Of a stretch of DNA of 64,000 nucleotides, positions 30,307 through 40,179 are shown piece after piece. Source of the DNA: Gemmatimonadota bacterium (GTDB lineage Bacteria; Gemmatimonadota; Gemmatimonadetes; Longimicrobiales; Gaopeijiaceae). Within the stretch, counting starts at the first letter, position 1; each line of letters opens with the position of its first letter. The translations under genes were made by a program, and so were the position numbers. The stretch lies in contig QJYK01000207.1 of NCBI GenBank assembly GCA_003248075.1, positions 4,603 through 68,602 on the forward strand, read 5' to 3'. The notes below the pieces were generated by a model. It made no database searches, had not been told where the DNA came from, and was given only the letters and a program-made list of their open reading frames with translations.

Positions 30307-32400
30307 TCACGCCAGCGCGGCCAGCACGCGTTCGGGGGTCATCGGAAGCTCGTGCATCCGTTTCCCGATCGCATCGTGGATGGCGTTCGCGAGCACGGCG
30401 CCGACCATGGTCACCGAGGGCTCGCCACCGCCTTGCGGTCCGAGAGCCGGGTTGTCGACGATCGTGACCTCGATCGAGGGCAGCCAGCTGAAGCGCGGAA
30501 GCTCATAGCGGTCGAAGTTCCGTTCGATGATCGCCCCGCGGTCGAAGTGGATCTCCTCCCGAAGCGCGTAGCCGAGGCCCTGAATCAGTCCGCCCTCCAT
30601 CTGCATGCGCGCGCCCTCCGGGTTGATGACCTCACCCATGTCCTGGGCACAGACCACGCGCAGCACCCGCACGGCTCCGGTCTTCCGGTCCACGTCGACC
30701 TCGGCCATCGCCGCGACCACGGTGCCGGCGTCGGCTCCACTCGCGACGCCGTGGCCACGCCCAGACGGTCCCGCACGCCACTCCTCTCCGAACAGGTCCG
30801 CCGCGGCCCTGAGCACGCCGCGGACACGCTCGTCCTTGGCGTGCTCCAGCCGGAAGGACAGGGGATCCCTGCCGGCGACCTCCGCCATGATGTCGACCTG
30901 CGATTCGATGGCGAAGTGATTCACGTTGGCGCCCGGCCCCCGCCAGGCGCCCACCCGTAGGGGATGATAGCGGGGACCGCTGCCGCCCCATCCACCCGCG
31001 GACGTGACCCGGTGGTGAGGAATCGCGTATACCGGATCGGAGCTGCGGTTTCCTCCATGGAGGTTGCGGTAGTCCCAGAAGACCAGGCGTCCCGCGTGAT
31101 CGACACCCGATGCGACATGCACGATCGTCGCCGGCCTGAAGCTGTCGTAGAAGAACTCCTCCTCCCGAGTCCACGCGACCTGGACCGGCGCCCCCACGGC
31201 CCTCGACAAGCGCACCGCCTCGTGGGCCTGGTCGTTCTCGGTCTTGCCGCCGAAGCCGCCTCCCACGAAGGGCGTGATGACGCGCACATCCTCTTCGGGA
31301 CACCCGAGAATCTCGGCCGCCTCCCGCCGGAGCGTGAACGGGTTCTGGGTGGAGGCCCAGATCGTCGCGCCCTGCCCGTCCACGCTGGCGAGCGCCGCGT
31401 GCGGCTCCATGGGGGCGTGCGCCATGTAGTTCGCGCGAAAGGTGCTCTCGCGCACCGTTTCGGAGGCGGCGCGGCCCGCGCTCAGGCTACCGGCCTCGCT
31501 CACCACACGCGCCTCGGGCAAGTTCCCTTCCAGGTACTCGAAGATGTTGGAGGAGCCCGGTCCTTCGGCAGGAGGATCCCAGGTGGCGGTCACCATCCCG
31601 AGGGCCTCCTGCGCGACGTCCGGGTGCCGGTGCAGCACGGCGACCAGGTCCCCGTCGCGTACGACGCGGACGCCCTCGACCGAAGCCGCGCGGGTCGTGT
31701 CCGCATCCCGGAGCCTCGACCCGTGCGCCGGGGGTCGCAGGATGCGGGCGCTCAGCATCCCGTCCAGTCGGATGTCGGCCGCGTACCGCGCCTGGCCGGT
31801 GACCTTGGCCCGACCGTCCTGGCGCTCGGTGGCCACACCGCTGACCGTGTATCCGGTCGGCTCGTCCCGGGACACCTCCCCGCGCACCACCCGCTCGATG
31901 CGCTGACCTCGAGCCAGCTCCGCGTAGGTCACCGACACGGCCGGGTCGGCAACGTCGTACACGACGCCGTCCCGTGTGCCGAGGCGGTCCGGCGGGACCC
32001 CGAGCCGCTCGGCTGCCAGATCCTTCAGCACCGCTTTGGCCTCCGCTGCCGCCTGGCGCATCGGTGGGCCGAAGAAACGCGTGCTCATCGACCCGAACGT
32101 TCCCATGTCCCACGGACAGAGATCCGTGTCCCCGAGGATCGGGTCGACGGAGGAGAGCGGCACGTCGAGCTCCTCGGCGAGCATCTGGGGGAGGGACGTG
32201 TAGACGCCCTGACCCATCTCGATCTTGCCGGTGAAGAACGCGACTCGGCCGTCTTCGCCGATACGCAGATAGGCGTTGAAGTCCTTGGGGTAGTCGCGGA
32301 ACTGGAACGTCCGGCGAGCCATGAGCTCGCGGATGTCCATCGTGTACAGGACCACGATGCCCATCCCCGAGATCCGGAGGAAGTCACGGCGGGTGGTCAT
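30307..32400 (-). CDS. Molybdopterin-binding subunit, xanthine dehydrogenase family (IorB-like), with Tat signal
   Basis: MTTRRDFLR, KIEMGQG, HAPMEP, GGGFGGK, WRGPG, QMEGG, GGGEP. Confidence 0.93.
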   Translation of the reverse strand: MTTRRDFLRISGMGIVVLYTMDIRELMARRTFQFRDYPKDFNAYLRIGEDGRVAFFTGKIEMGQGVYTSLPQMLAEELDVPLSSVDPILGDTDLCPWDMGTFGSMSTRFFGPPMRQAAAEAKAVLKDLAAERLGVPPDRLGTRDGVVYDVADPAVSVTYAELARGQRIERVVRGEVSRDEPTGYTVSGVATERQDGRAKVTGQARYAADIRLDGMLSARILRPPAHGSRLRDADTTRAASVEGVRVVRDGDLVAVLHRHPDVAQEALGMVTATWDPPAEGPGSSNIFEYLEGNLPEARVVSEAGSLSAGRAASETVRESTFRANYMAHAPMEPHAALASVDGQGATIWASTQNPFTLRREAAEILGCPEEDVRVITPFVGGGFGGKTENDQAHEAVRLSRAVGAPVQVAWTREEEFFYDSFRPATIVHVASGVDHAGRLVFWDYRNLHGGNRSSDPVYAIPHHRVTSAGGWGGSGPRYHPLRVGAWRGPGANVNHFAIESQVDIMAEVAGRDPLSFRLEHAKDERVRGVLRAAADLFGEEWRAGPSGRGHGVASGADAGTVVAAMAEVDVDRKTGAVRVLRVVCAQDMGEVINPEGARMQMEGGLIQGLGYALREEIHFDRGAIIERNFDRYELPRFSWLPSIEVTIVDNPALGPQGGGEPSVTMVGAVLANAIHDAIGKRMHELPMTPERVLAALA

Positions 32401-32891
32401 GGCCGGTCCTCCTGTGCGCGTAGTTGGCGCGCCGCCTGCTCGACCGCGTCCACGATGCGGTTGTAGGTGCCGCAGCGGCAGAGGTTGGTCTCCATTCCCC
32501 GCGCGATGTCCTCGCGTGTCGGGTCGGGGTTGCGGCGAAGGAAGCCGACCGCACGCATGACCATCCCCGGAGTGCAGAAACCGCATTGGAGCCCCCCGTG
32601 CTCGACCAGGGCCTCCTGGACCGGGTGCAGCGTCCCGTCCGGCGACGCGACGCCCTCCGCGGTCATGACCTCCCGACCCTCGACCGAACCCACGCGCTGA
32701 CGGCAGGAGAAGACGGGGCGCCCGTCCACCAGGACCGTACACGCCCCGCACTCCCTCTCTCCACAGCCGTACTTCGTCCCCGTCAGACCCAGGTCCGAAC
32801 GCAGGACCCAGAGGAGCAGCCTCCCGGGCTCCGCGTCGACCTCGACGGGTCGACCGTTCACGGTGAACCGGATCGCACGACGCATGGCCAC
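32397..32891 (-). CDS. (2Fe-2S)-binding small subunit (IorA/CoxS-like)
   Basis: GTKYGCGERECGACTV, QCGFCTPG, NLCRCGTY. Confidence 0.95.
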   Translation of the reverse strand: MAMRRAIRFTVNGRPVEVDAEPGRLLLWVLRSDLGLTGTKYGCGERECGACTVLVDGRPVFSCRQRVGSVEGREVMTAEGVASPDGTLHPVQEALVEHGGLQCGFCTPGMVMRAVGFLRRNPDPTREDIARGMETNLCRCGTYNRIVDAVEQAARQLRAQEDRP

Positions 32892-33052
32892 CTCGGGTTA
32901 TGCGGAACCTCGCGAGCCTCAGTAACACTCTCGGGCGGCGACGCCTTTCGATCAAGTGGGACCCCCGGATCCCGCGAGCGCCGGCGGCGTACCAACCCCA
33001 AGACGAGCCACCCGGTGCGCTCTCCCGCACCGTTCGCCGAGGTGCCACCGCG

Positions 33053-33457
33053 ATGACGAATCCACGCCGCGCCCGCTGGTTCGTGGTCCTCCTGGTCGGG
33101 ACGATCTACGGATGCGTCGGTCCGAGAGCTGCCGACCTCGACGACCTGGTGTTGCGCGACAGCACGTACCTGGTCGCCGAGACCCTCGAGCCGTTCACCG
33201 GTCGCGTGGTCCGCCACTTCGCCTCCGAACCCGACAGGGTCCAGCTCGAGGGGACGCTCCGGGAGGGAGCCTGGGAGGGAGAGCTCACGGTGTACCACGA
33301 GAGTGGCCGGGTCCGATACCAGGGCAGGCTCTCGGCGGGCACCCCCTGTGGCGCCTGGGTCGAGAACCGGGACGACGAGCCCTCCGGAACGGTGTACCAG
33401 GAGCTGAGGCGCGAGATCGAGAGCATGGGGATCTACCCGCCATGTCCGGAGCGTTAG
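33053..33457 (+). CDS. Lipoprotein with MORN-variant repeat
   Basis: Signal ending IYGC; EPFTG and G..EGELTVYHESGRVRYQG. Confidence 0.7.
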   Translation: MTNPRRARWFVVLLVGTIYGCVGPRAADLDDLVLRDSTYLVAETLEPFTGRVVRHFASEPDRVQLEGTLREGAWEGELTVYHESGRVRYQGRLSAGTPCGAWVENRDDEPSGTVYQELRREIESMGIYPPCPER

Positions 33458-33509
33458 CCCCCGCTACGGTACCGCGGCCCGACCCGGCACGTCCCTTGCG
33501 TGACGTGGG

Positions 33510-33539
33510 TCCCTGACGCCACGCGCCGGCCGTCAGGGA
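33510..33539. repeat. 9-bp-arm inverted repeat in an intergenic region (possible terminator or operator)
   Basis: TCCCTGACG-N12-CGTCAGGGA; no clear U-tract. Confidence 0.35.
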
Positions 33540-33628
33540 AGCGAGACCGGTTCGCGGGGTGCCCGCACGGATGTGCCGGGCCGGGGAACCTTTTTCCGGC
33601 ACGGTGCTCCCCAGATCGGAAATGACCC

Positions 33629-34249
33629 ATGAAGCGATCCAGGTTCGCGATGCTCCTCACGGCATCCGTCGGCGTCGCCGCGTGCGGCGACAGCGGCACC
33701 GGGCCGACCGGTGATCCGTTGACCCAGGCCGAGGCCCAAGCGCTCGCCGAGATCCTCATGTCCCAGTCGTACCAGGGTGCCGACGGCGGCCTCGCGCCGG
33801 TGGCGGGCGGCCCCCAGGCGGTCCCCGTCGTCCTCGAGACGACCGTGGACGCCGACGTCCCGTGCGCGCTCGGCGGCGCCATCGCCGTCCACGGCACACT
33901 CAGGATCGAGGGCGACAGCGAGCTCGAGGGCGGCACGATCGACTACAGGGTCACCCACGTGCATCACGACTGCGTCGCGCAGGACGCGGAGGTTCAGTTC
34001 ACCTTCACGCTGAACAGCGACCCCGGGGTGACCACCACGCTCTTCCTGGACAGCGATCCCCTCGGCGCGCTCACCCTGGAGGGCGGGATCTCCGGCAGGA
34101 TCTCGTGGGCCATGGGTGACAAGAGCGGCAGCTGTGGAATCGAGCTCACCTTCAACGGGTCGGCCGACAGCACGACGGGTGCCGGTTGGTCGAAGGTGCT
34201 GGGCAACGTCTGCGGTACATCGATCGACCAGGAGATGACGGTGGGCTGA
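33629..34249 (+). CDS. Hypothetical lipoprotein
   Basis: MKRSRFAMLLTASVGVAAC lipobox; four further Cys, beta-rich. Confidence 0.8.
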   Translation: MKRSRFAMLLTASVGVAACGDSGTGPTGDPLTQAEAQALAEILMSQSYQGADGGLAPVAGGPQAVPVVLETTVDADVPCALGGAIAVHGTLRIEGDSELEGGTIDYRVTHVHHDCVAQDAEVQFTFTLNSDPGVTTTLFLDSDPLGALTLEGGISGRISWAMGDKSGSCGIELTFNGSADSTTGAGWSKVLGNVCGTSIDQEMTVG

Positions 34250-34265
34250 GGCCCCGGTCGGGCCG

Positions 34266-35570
34266 TCACCGACAGGTGTCCACGTAGGGCTCGGCGCCCG
34301 GGTCGGTCGCGGTCGGATCTCCCACGATCCCCAGGAACAGCACCGTACCGGACAGACGCTCCCGTAGCGCGAAGGCGAACGGGCGATCCGCGATCACACC
34401 GAGGAAGGAGGTCGCGCCGACGCCCACGCCGGTGACCGCGGCCGCGCGCGTGCCCCGCTCGTCCACCTCGATGAACGTCTTCTGGCGGACGAAGTCGAGG
34501 CACATCTGGTCGCCGATGGGAGACAACCCGGTGAAGTCCGCGCCCGGCGCGAACGCGCCCTCCATGCCCATCGCCTTCAGCGCGTCGTTCAGGTATGCAT
34601 CGTACGACAGCGTGAGCCGGGGGATCGATACGAGATCCACCTCCACCGGGTTCAGCGCGGAGACGAGCTCGGCCCACGCGCCCGCGTCGAACCCGCTCAG
34701 GAGCGCACGCACGTCGGTGCCGGGGTGCGGGACGACGACGACCATGGAGAACGCGCCGCCCCCGTATGGCAGCTCGACCGCGGCGAATCCGGGTCCTCCG
34801 CCGAGGGGGAGCTCCACCCCGTCGAGGCTCATCATGTCGACGTCCACCGTCGTCCCGTCCGCACGGGTGAACGCCCGCACCCGGGTGTCCGAAGGGTCGA
34901 AGCGGGTGGACCACGCGCCGTCGAAATAGATGGCGTTGATGAGGAGCATCACCGCCGTCGGATCCAGGGAATCGATGATCCCGTCGATCAGCCCATCCGT
35001 GCTCTCCCGCACCCACCGGTTGATCTCGTCGACCGTCGACGGATCTGCGAAATCACGGGTTTCGGTCCGCGCGTCGAAGGCCGCGCGGGCGACGTCCAGG
35101 AACGCCGGCTCGACAGGCACCCCGATCCGGGCCCAGATCGAGCTCGCGATGTCGAAGTGCACGTCCGGGTCGAGCTCGGTCAGGAGATCGATCAGTCCGC
35201 GGTACGACTCGTTGATCTGGACCTGATCCAGCGCTCCGAAGCGCAGGGTCGAGCGCATCTCGTCGAATGTCTGGGACCTGGCTCCGTTCAGGGTCATGCC
35301 CAGGGCCATCGAGGCGCTCAACGGAGACAGCACGACGTTCGGACGCCGATCCTTCTCGAGGACCGCCCTCATCAGGTCGAAGCCGAATGCGTTCGCGCCC
35401 GTGATCACCTCGACTTCCGAGGTGGTCAGCTGCCTGGGTAGCTCGGTGATGGGTACGAAGCCGTCGCCGGGCCCGGACGGATCACCACACGCCGCCGCCA
35501 CCAGCGCAAGAGCCAACGTGAAGCGCCGTGCGCTGGACACCCCCGGGCGCAGCCGGTCGGTACCTTGCAT
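34266..35570 (-). CDS. Serpin-family lipoprotein
   Basis: Lipobox AAAC, NVVLSPLS, LINAIYFDGAW, hinge EVDERGTRAAAVT, ADRPFAF, LFLG. Confidence 0.95.
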   Translation of the reverse strand: MQGTDRLRPGVSSARRFTLALALVAAACGDPSGPGDGFVPITELPRQLTTSEVEVITGANAFGFDLMRAVLEKDRRPNVVLSPLSASMALGMTLNGARSQTFDEMRSTLRFGALDQVQINESYRGLIDLLTELDPDVHFDIASSIWARIGVPVEPAFLDVARAAFDARTETRDFADPSTVDEINRWVRESTDGLIDGIIDSLDPTAVMLLINAIYFDGAWSTRFDPSDTRVRAFTRADGTTVDVDMMSLDGVELPLGGGPGFAAVELPYGGGAFSMVVVVPHPGTDVRALLSGFDAGAWAELVSALNPVEVDLVSIPRLTLSYDAYLNDALKAMGMEGAFAPGADFTGLSPIGDQMCLDFVRQKTFIEVDERGTRAAAVTGVGVGATSFLGVIADRPFAFALRERLSGTVLFLGIVGDPTATDPGAEPYVDTCR

Positions 35571-35684
35571 GGGACCGCTCGCTGGTGGAAGGTCGGGGGC
35601 TCCCCCCCGTTCTTCGGGGCGCCCCTGCAGCCGAGATACGAGTGGGACTCCGACGCTGTGACGGTGCGCGAGGGCGTCGCGACC

Positions 35685-37568
35685 TCAAGCGTCGACGTCG
35701 TCCTGGGTCAGCCCGCCCAAACCGACCGCCTCGAGGAGCTTCAGGGCGTTGCGCGTCGTCGCGATGCCCTCCCGCAGGAGGTGGTCGAAGGTCAGGAGCG
35801 TGCCGCCTCCTCCGTCCGCCTCCACGTTCTCCCGGAAGTGGACCTTCACAGCGGCCTGGGTCAGATCCGCCGTCTCGGCCAGGGTGAGGTCGTGGGTGCT
35901 CACGGCCCCGATCGCGTTCGCTTTCAGGAGGTGTCTCAAGACCCCCCGGGCCGCCACCCGACGCTCGGCGGTGTTGGTGCCATGCAGGATCTCGTCCAGG
36001 AGGTAGAGGACCGCCCGCCCGCACGAATCGGCCACCCCGGCCGCCTCGACGATCTGCCGTATGCGCAGGAGCTCCGCCATGAACAGCGAAACGCCCTCGG
36101 AGAGTGAATCCTCGACGCGGGCACTGGTGTGCACGCGCAAGGGCGGTAGCTGGAGGGACGCCGCGCAGACCGGCGCCCCCGCCGAGGCGAGCACGACGTT
36201 GGAACCCAAGGCGCGTAGGAGCGTGCTCTTGCCGGACATGTTGGAGCCCGTAACCAGCAGAAACGTGCCCGCCGGACCTACGGTCACGTCGTTGCAGACG
36301 CACCGTTCCGGTCGGAGCAGCGGATGACCGAGCGCGGTCGCCGAGAGCGTGGCGCCCTCACCCGACGAGAAGACCGGCTCGGCCCAGCCCGGATGGTCGT
36401 GGGCCAGCGTGGCCATCGCCGCGATGGCCTCCCACTCGCCGAGCGCCTCGAGCCAGTCACGGATCCGCTGTCCGTGCTCGGCTCGCCAGCGGTCGAGACG
36501 CACGGCAAGGTGCACGTCCAGGAGCAGGACGGGCGCCAGTGCCGCGTACACCATGTTCCGACGACTCTCGACCGTGTCCAGGAGGCTGGACAGGCGCTCG
36601 AGGTGGTAGTGCGCCGCGTCGTCCCCGTCCCCGAGGCGACGCCCGATGTCCACGAGGGGCGTAGCCGTCCAGCCGCGCCCCTCCAACAAGACCAGCTGCG
36701 CCACGATCGAGCGCAGGGGCGCGCCACCCGCCTCCGCAAGTCGGAAGCCGTCACGGGTCGATGCGCTCACGCGGCGGAACACGTCCAGCTGGACCAGTCC
36801 GGGGAGGATCCACAGCGGGGGCGAGCCGGCCAGGACGTCCGCGGCCACCCCCAGGAGGAGAAGCGAGGGAAGCACCCAGGACGCCATTCGGATCATGGGG
36901 CGCCCGAGGACCCACGGCTCCGACTCGGCCCAATCGAGGAACGCGTCGATTCCGTGGAGCGCCTCCGGGCCCTCCAGGCGCCCCCGGGCAGTGACGGCCG
37001 CCCTGAGCCCCAGGTCCGGCGCGAGCTCGCGCACTGCCCTGTGCCGGTCGGTCGCGTCCGAGGGACTGGACGGCTTGAGGAGCCAGCCCCGGAGGATCGA
37101 ACGGCCCCGCTCCGAGGTCACGGGTCCCAACAGCCGCACCAGCGAGGCCTGGCCCAAGACGTCCAGGTCCCGCGCGTAGGGATGATCGGGATCCACCCGG
37201 GCCTCTCCGCGCTCCGCCGGTGGTAACGAGGCCTCGAGTGCCTCCCAGTCGCGGTCAAGCCGCAGCAGCCCCTCTTCGAAGACGGCAGCGAGCGCGGCCT
37301 CCCAGCGCTGGGCGGTGCGGACGCGTCGGTGAACGACGATCTGGACGAGGAAGACGGCGACGGCGACCCCGAGTACGACGAGCGCGAGCCTCTCAGGCGT
37401 TCCGGAGAAGAAGTCCCACGCGATCAGCGCCACCAGGCCGACCACGAACGAAACGGCCCTCTGGTTCGACAGTCGGAGCGAGCGGTGCGCGGCTTCGTCC
37501 CGCGCCCTTCCGTGCCGGGTCGCAAGGTCGACGTAGCGTTGCCGGGGCGAGTTGGGTTCGACGGTCAC
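35685..37568 (-). CDS. MutS-related ATPase (domain V) with N-terminal TM segments
   Basis: HPLL, TGSNMSGKST, SLFMAEL, LLDEILHGTN, STHD; no mismatch-binding domain I. The start could be 37643. Confidence 0.9.
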   Translation of the reverse strand: MTVEPNSPRQRYVDLATRHGRARDEAAHRSLRLSNQRAVSFVVGLVALIAWDFFSGTPERLALVVLGVAVAVFLVQIVVHRRVRTAQRWEAALAAVFEEGLLRLDRDWEALEASLPPAERGEARVDPDHPYARDLDVLGQASLVRLLGPVTSERGRSILRGWLLKPSSPSDATDRHRAVRELAPDLGLRAAVTARGRLEGPEALHGIDAFLDWAESEPWVLGRPMIRMASWVLPSLLLLGVAADVLAGSPPLWILPGLVQLDVFRRVSASTRDGFRLAEAGGAPLRSIVAQLVLLEGRGWTATPLVDIGRRLGDGDDAAHYHLERLSSLLDTVESRRNMVYAALAPVLLLDVHLAVRLDRWRAEHGQRIRDWLEALGEWEAIAAMATLAHDHPGWAEPVFSSGEGATLSATALGHPLLRPERCVCNDVTVGPAGTFLLVTGSNMSGKSTLLRALGSNVVLASAGAPVCAASLQLPPLRVHTSARVEDSLSEGVSLFMAELLRIRQIVEAAGVADSCGRAVLYLLDEILHGTNTAERRVAARGVLRHLLKANAIGAVSTHDLTLAETADLTQAAVKVHFRENVEADGGGGTLLTFDHLLREGIATTRNALKLLEAVGLGGLTQDDVDA

Positions 37569-37723
37569 GAGGCGGTCGGCCGCGGGGAACGGAGGCACCT
37601 TCCGGAGTCTACCCGGGGAGGACCCCCGGGGGAACTTCGCCACCAGCGGATGAAAGGGGGTGTGGGACCCCTCGGGGATCGCGCCGGGTAGTGGATCCCG
37701 ACGTCCCTCGAACCCGAAAGGCC

Positions 37724-38233
37724 ATGACGAAGCACAGCCTCTGGATCGCTGCCCTTCTCTGCCCGCTCCTCGCCGCGTGTGGCAGCGCCGACGCCTCCCA
37801 GGGAGCAGGCTCGGGAAGCGCGCCCCTCGCCGACGTCGCGGCCGCGCCCCAAGGGCTCCCCCCGGTGCTCGTCTACAAGACGCAGGGATGTGGATGCTGC
37901 AACGGGTGGGTCGAGCACCTGCGCGCCGCGGGCTACGAGGTCGACGCGCGCAACGTCACGGACCTCATGGCCGTCAAGCTGGATGCGGGCGTGCCAGCCG
38001 ACCTGTCTTCCTGCCACACCGCGCTCATCGACGGCTACGTGGTCGAGGGACACGTCCCCGCCGACATCATCGAACGGCTCCTGGCCGAACGGCCGGAGAT
38101 CGCGGGGATCTCGGCGCCGGGCATGCCCGTCGGCTCGCCCGGCATGGAGGGGCCCGGAGCCAAGCCGTACCAGGTGTACGCCTTCGACCGGCAGGGTGGG
38201 CGCCGCGTCTTCGCCGAAGTCGACCCGCGCTGA
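37724..38233 (+). CDS. DUF411 metal-binding lipoprotein (CopG-like)
   Basis: Lipobox LAAC, CGCCNGW, SCHTA, EGHVP, PGMPVGSPGME. Confidence 0.92.
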   Translation: MTKHSLWIAALLCPLLAACGSADASQGAGSGSAPLADVAAAPQGLPPVLVYKTQGCGCCNGWVEHLRAAGYEVDARNVTDLMAVKLDAGVPADLSSCHTALIDGYVVEGHVPADIIERLLAERPEIAGISAPGMPVGSPGMEGPGAKPYQVYAFDRQGGRRVFAEVDPR

Positions 38234-38250
38234 ACGATCGACCGGGCCCC

Positions 38251-38907
38251 TCACATCTCCTTGAGGAGCCCGACCCGCAGAGCGAAGCGGACCAGCTCGG
38301 AGCGGTGGTTCAGCCCGAGCTTGTCCATGATCCGTGAGCGGTAGGTGTCGACCGTCTTCGGGGAGATGAAAAGCTTCTTGCCGATCTCCCGCGACGAGTA
38401 GCCCTCGGCGGTGAGCGCAAGGACTTCCTGCTCGCGGGTGCTCAGGTCGTGCAGCCCTGCCTGGTCCTCATTCTCGGCCGACTTGTACCGTTGGAGCAGC
38501 AGGGTCGTCGCCTTCGGTGGCAGGAACACTTCCCCCCGTGCCACGACCTTCAGCGCCTCGATGAGGTCGGTGTCCGCGCTGGTCTTGGTCAGGTAGCCAC
38601 TGGCGCCGGCCTCCACGACCGGCACCAGATACTCCTCCTCGGCGTGCACGGTCAGGACCAGGACCTTCGTGTCGAACCCGAGTGCCGCGATGCGCCGGGT
38701 CGCCTCCAGCCCGTTGGACCCGGGCATGGACAGGTCCATGACCACGACGTCCGGCTTGAGCTCGCGGACGCGGTCCACCGCTTCGTCCCCCGACGAGGCC
38801 TCCCCCACCACCTCGAGCCGACTCTCGGCCTCCAAGAGGGCCTTGATCCCCGCCCGGAACATGGCGTGATCGTCGACCAGGAGGATCTTGGTGCCCCCCT
38901 CAGACAT
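38251..38907 (-). CDS. NarL/FixJ-family response regulator (REC + LuxR HTH)
   Basis: VDDH, MDLSMP, GYLTK, LSTREQEVL..ISPKTVDTYRSRIMDKL. Confidence 0.96.
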   Translation of the reverse strand: MSEGGTKILLVDDHAMFRAGIKALLEAESRLEVVGEASSGDEAVDRVRELKPDVVVMDLSMPGSNGLEATRRIAALGFDTKVLVLTVHAEEEYLVPVVEAGASGYLTKTSADTDLIEALKVVARGEVFLPPKATTLLLQRYKSAENEDQAGLHDLSTREQEVLALTAEGYSSREIGKKLFISPKTVDTYRSRIMDKLGLNHRSELVRFALRVGLLKEM

Positions 38908-39928
38908 GTCCCTGCTCCTTGATAGATCCGGGTAGCTCGACCCGGACGCGGGTTCCCTGGCCCGGCACGCTCTCGATCGCGACGCGACCACCGAACATCA
39001 CGGCACGCTCCTGCATTCCCAATAGTCCCAGCCCCCCGCCTCGCTCGGTGGCATCTCGCACCAGGAAGCCACGCCCCCGGTCCTCCACGACCGCGACCAC
39101 CGCCTCGTCCTCGACGCCGAGGCGAAGACGAGCCCGCCGGACGCCCGCGTGCCGGAGGACGTTGCTGAGAGATTCCTGGACGATCCGATAGAGGGCGAGC
39201 CGCCCCTCGGCGTCCAACATGTGATCGACCCCCTCGATCTCCGCGTCCACCTCCAAGTTCGCGCCAACACGCAGATCGCGCAGGTGCGCCTGCAGCGCCG
39301 TGGCCAGCCCCACCTCGTCCAGAGCAGGGGGTCGCAGGCCCCGCGCGATGCGCCGGACGCCCTCCGCGGCCTCCTTGAGCTGCTCACGGATCGCGTCCAC
39401 CTCCACCCGCTGATCCGCGTCGTCTTCGACGCGCGCCAGGAGCCGGAGCCGCAGGATGAGCGTCGCCAGGCGCTGCGCCGTGTCGTCGTGCAACTCCCGG
39501 GCGATACGTCGGCGCTCCTCCTCGGCGGACCGGAGTGCCGCCTCCGAGAAGTCGCGCAGGCGGATCCGTTCGCCGACGTCCCGGACCGTGCAGATCACGT
39601 AACCGCGGTCGTCGCCGGGGACCGGCGCGAGGCTGATCTCGGCGATCAGCTCGGTCCCGTCCTTGCGCCGTCCCCGGAGCCGAAGGTCGACCCCCATCGG
39701 GCGGGGCCTGGGGTCATGCCCGAACGACTCCCGCAAGGCCCCGTGCCGCCCTCGCACCGACTCCGGGACCAGGATCTCGACGGGCTGGCCGAGCAGTTCC
39801 TCACGCACATATCCGAACAACGCCTCCGCCTGCGGGTTGAGCTCGGTGATGGTACCGTCGCCGGCCACCACGAGAATCCCGTCCGGAGAGGCTTCGAAGA
39901 CCGTCCTGTATTCCTCCGCGCTGAGCAC
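38900..39928 (-). CDS. Cytoplasmic PAS sensor histidine kinase (HisKA_3)
   Basis: PAS (N..AEALFGY..ELLG), H-box RIARELHD, QESLSN, DRGRGF, GLGLLGMQER. The GTG start at 39928 is inferred. Confidence 0.9.
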   Translation of the reverse strand: MLSAEEYRTVFEASPDGILVVAGDGTITELNPQAEALFGYVREELLGQPVEILVPESVRGRHGALRESFGHDPRPRPMGVDLRLRGRRKDGTELIAEISLAPVPGDDRGYVICTVRDVGERIRLRDFSEAALRSAEEERRRIARELHDDTAQRLATLILRLRLLARVEDDADQRVEVDAIREQLKEAAEGVRRIARGLRPPALDEVGLATALQAHLRDLRVGANLEVDAEIEGVDHMLDAEGRLALYRIVQESLSNVLRHAGVRRARLRLGVEDEAVVAVVEDRGRGFLVRDATERGGGLGLLGMQERAVMFGGRVAIESVPGQGTRVRVELPGSIKEQGHV

Positions 39929-40179
39929 CTCGAACGCTGCTCCTCTCTTGTCGCGAGGTGTGGAGAAAAACCCCACATCGGGGTCGGCGCATTTCCCACC
40001 GGGCCAGGGGCGTTGTACCCGACAGCCTACCGAAGGGGGCCGCGCAAGAATGTATTCGCGTACCGGCTCAAGGCGAGCCCCCACGGTCGCATCCCCGGTT
40101 TTCCGGCCGCCAGCGGCCGAGTTCATAGATGCCGTATACCCGAGATCCGGACGTCGCTCGGTAGGAGGGACCTCCAGCC

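Noticed and set aside
32401..33048. Apparent 913-aa Mo protein
   Set aside because: The extension overlaps the 2Fe-2S gene in another frame; the Tat signal marks the start at 32400.
33053..33457. Toxin-antitoxin call from the YwqK-like repeat
   Set aside because: It is an exported lipoprotein with no neighbouring toxin; the repeat alone is not diagnostic.
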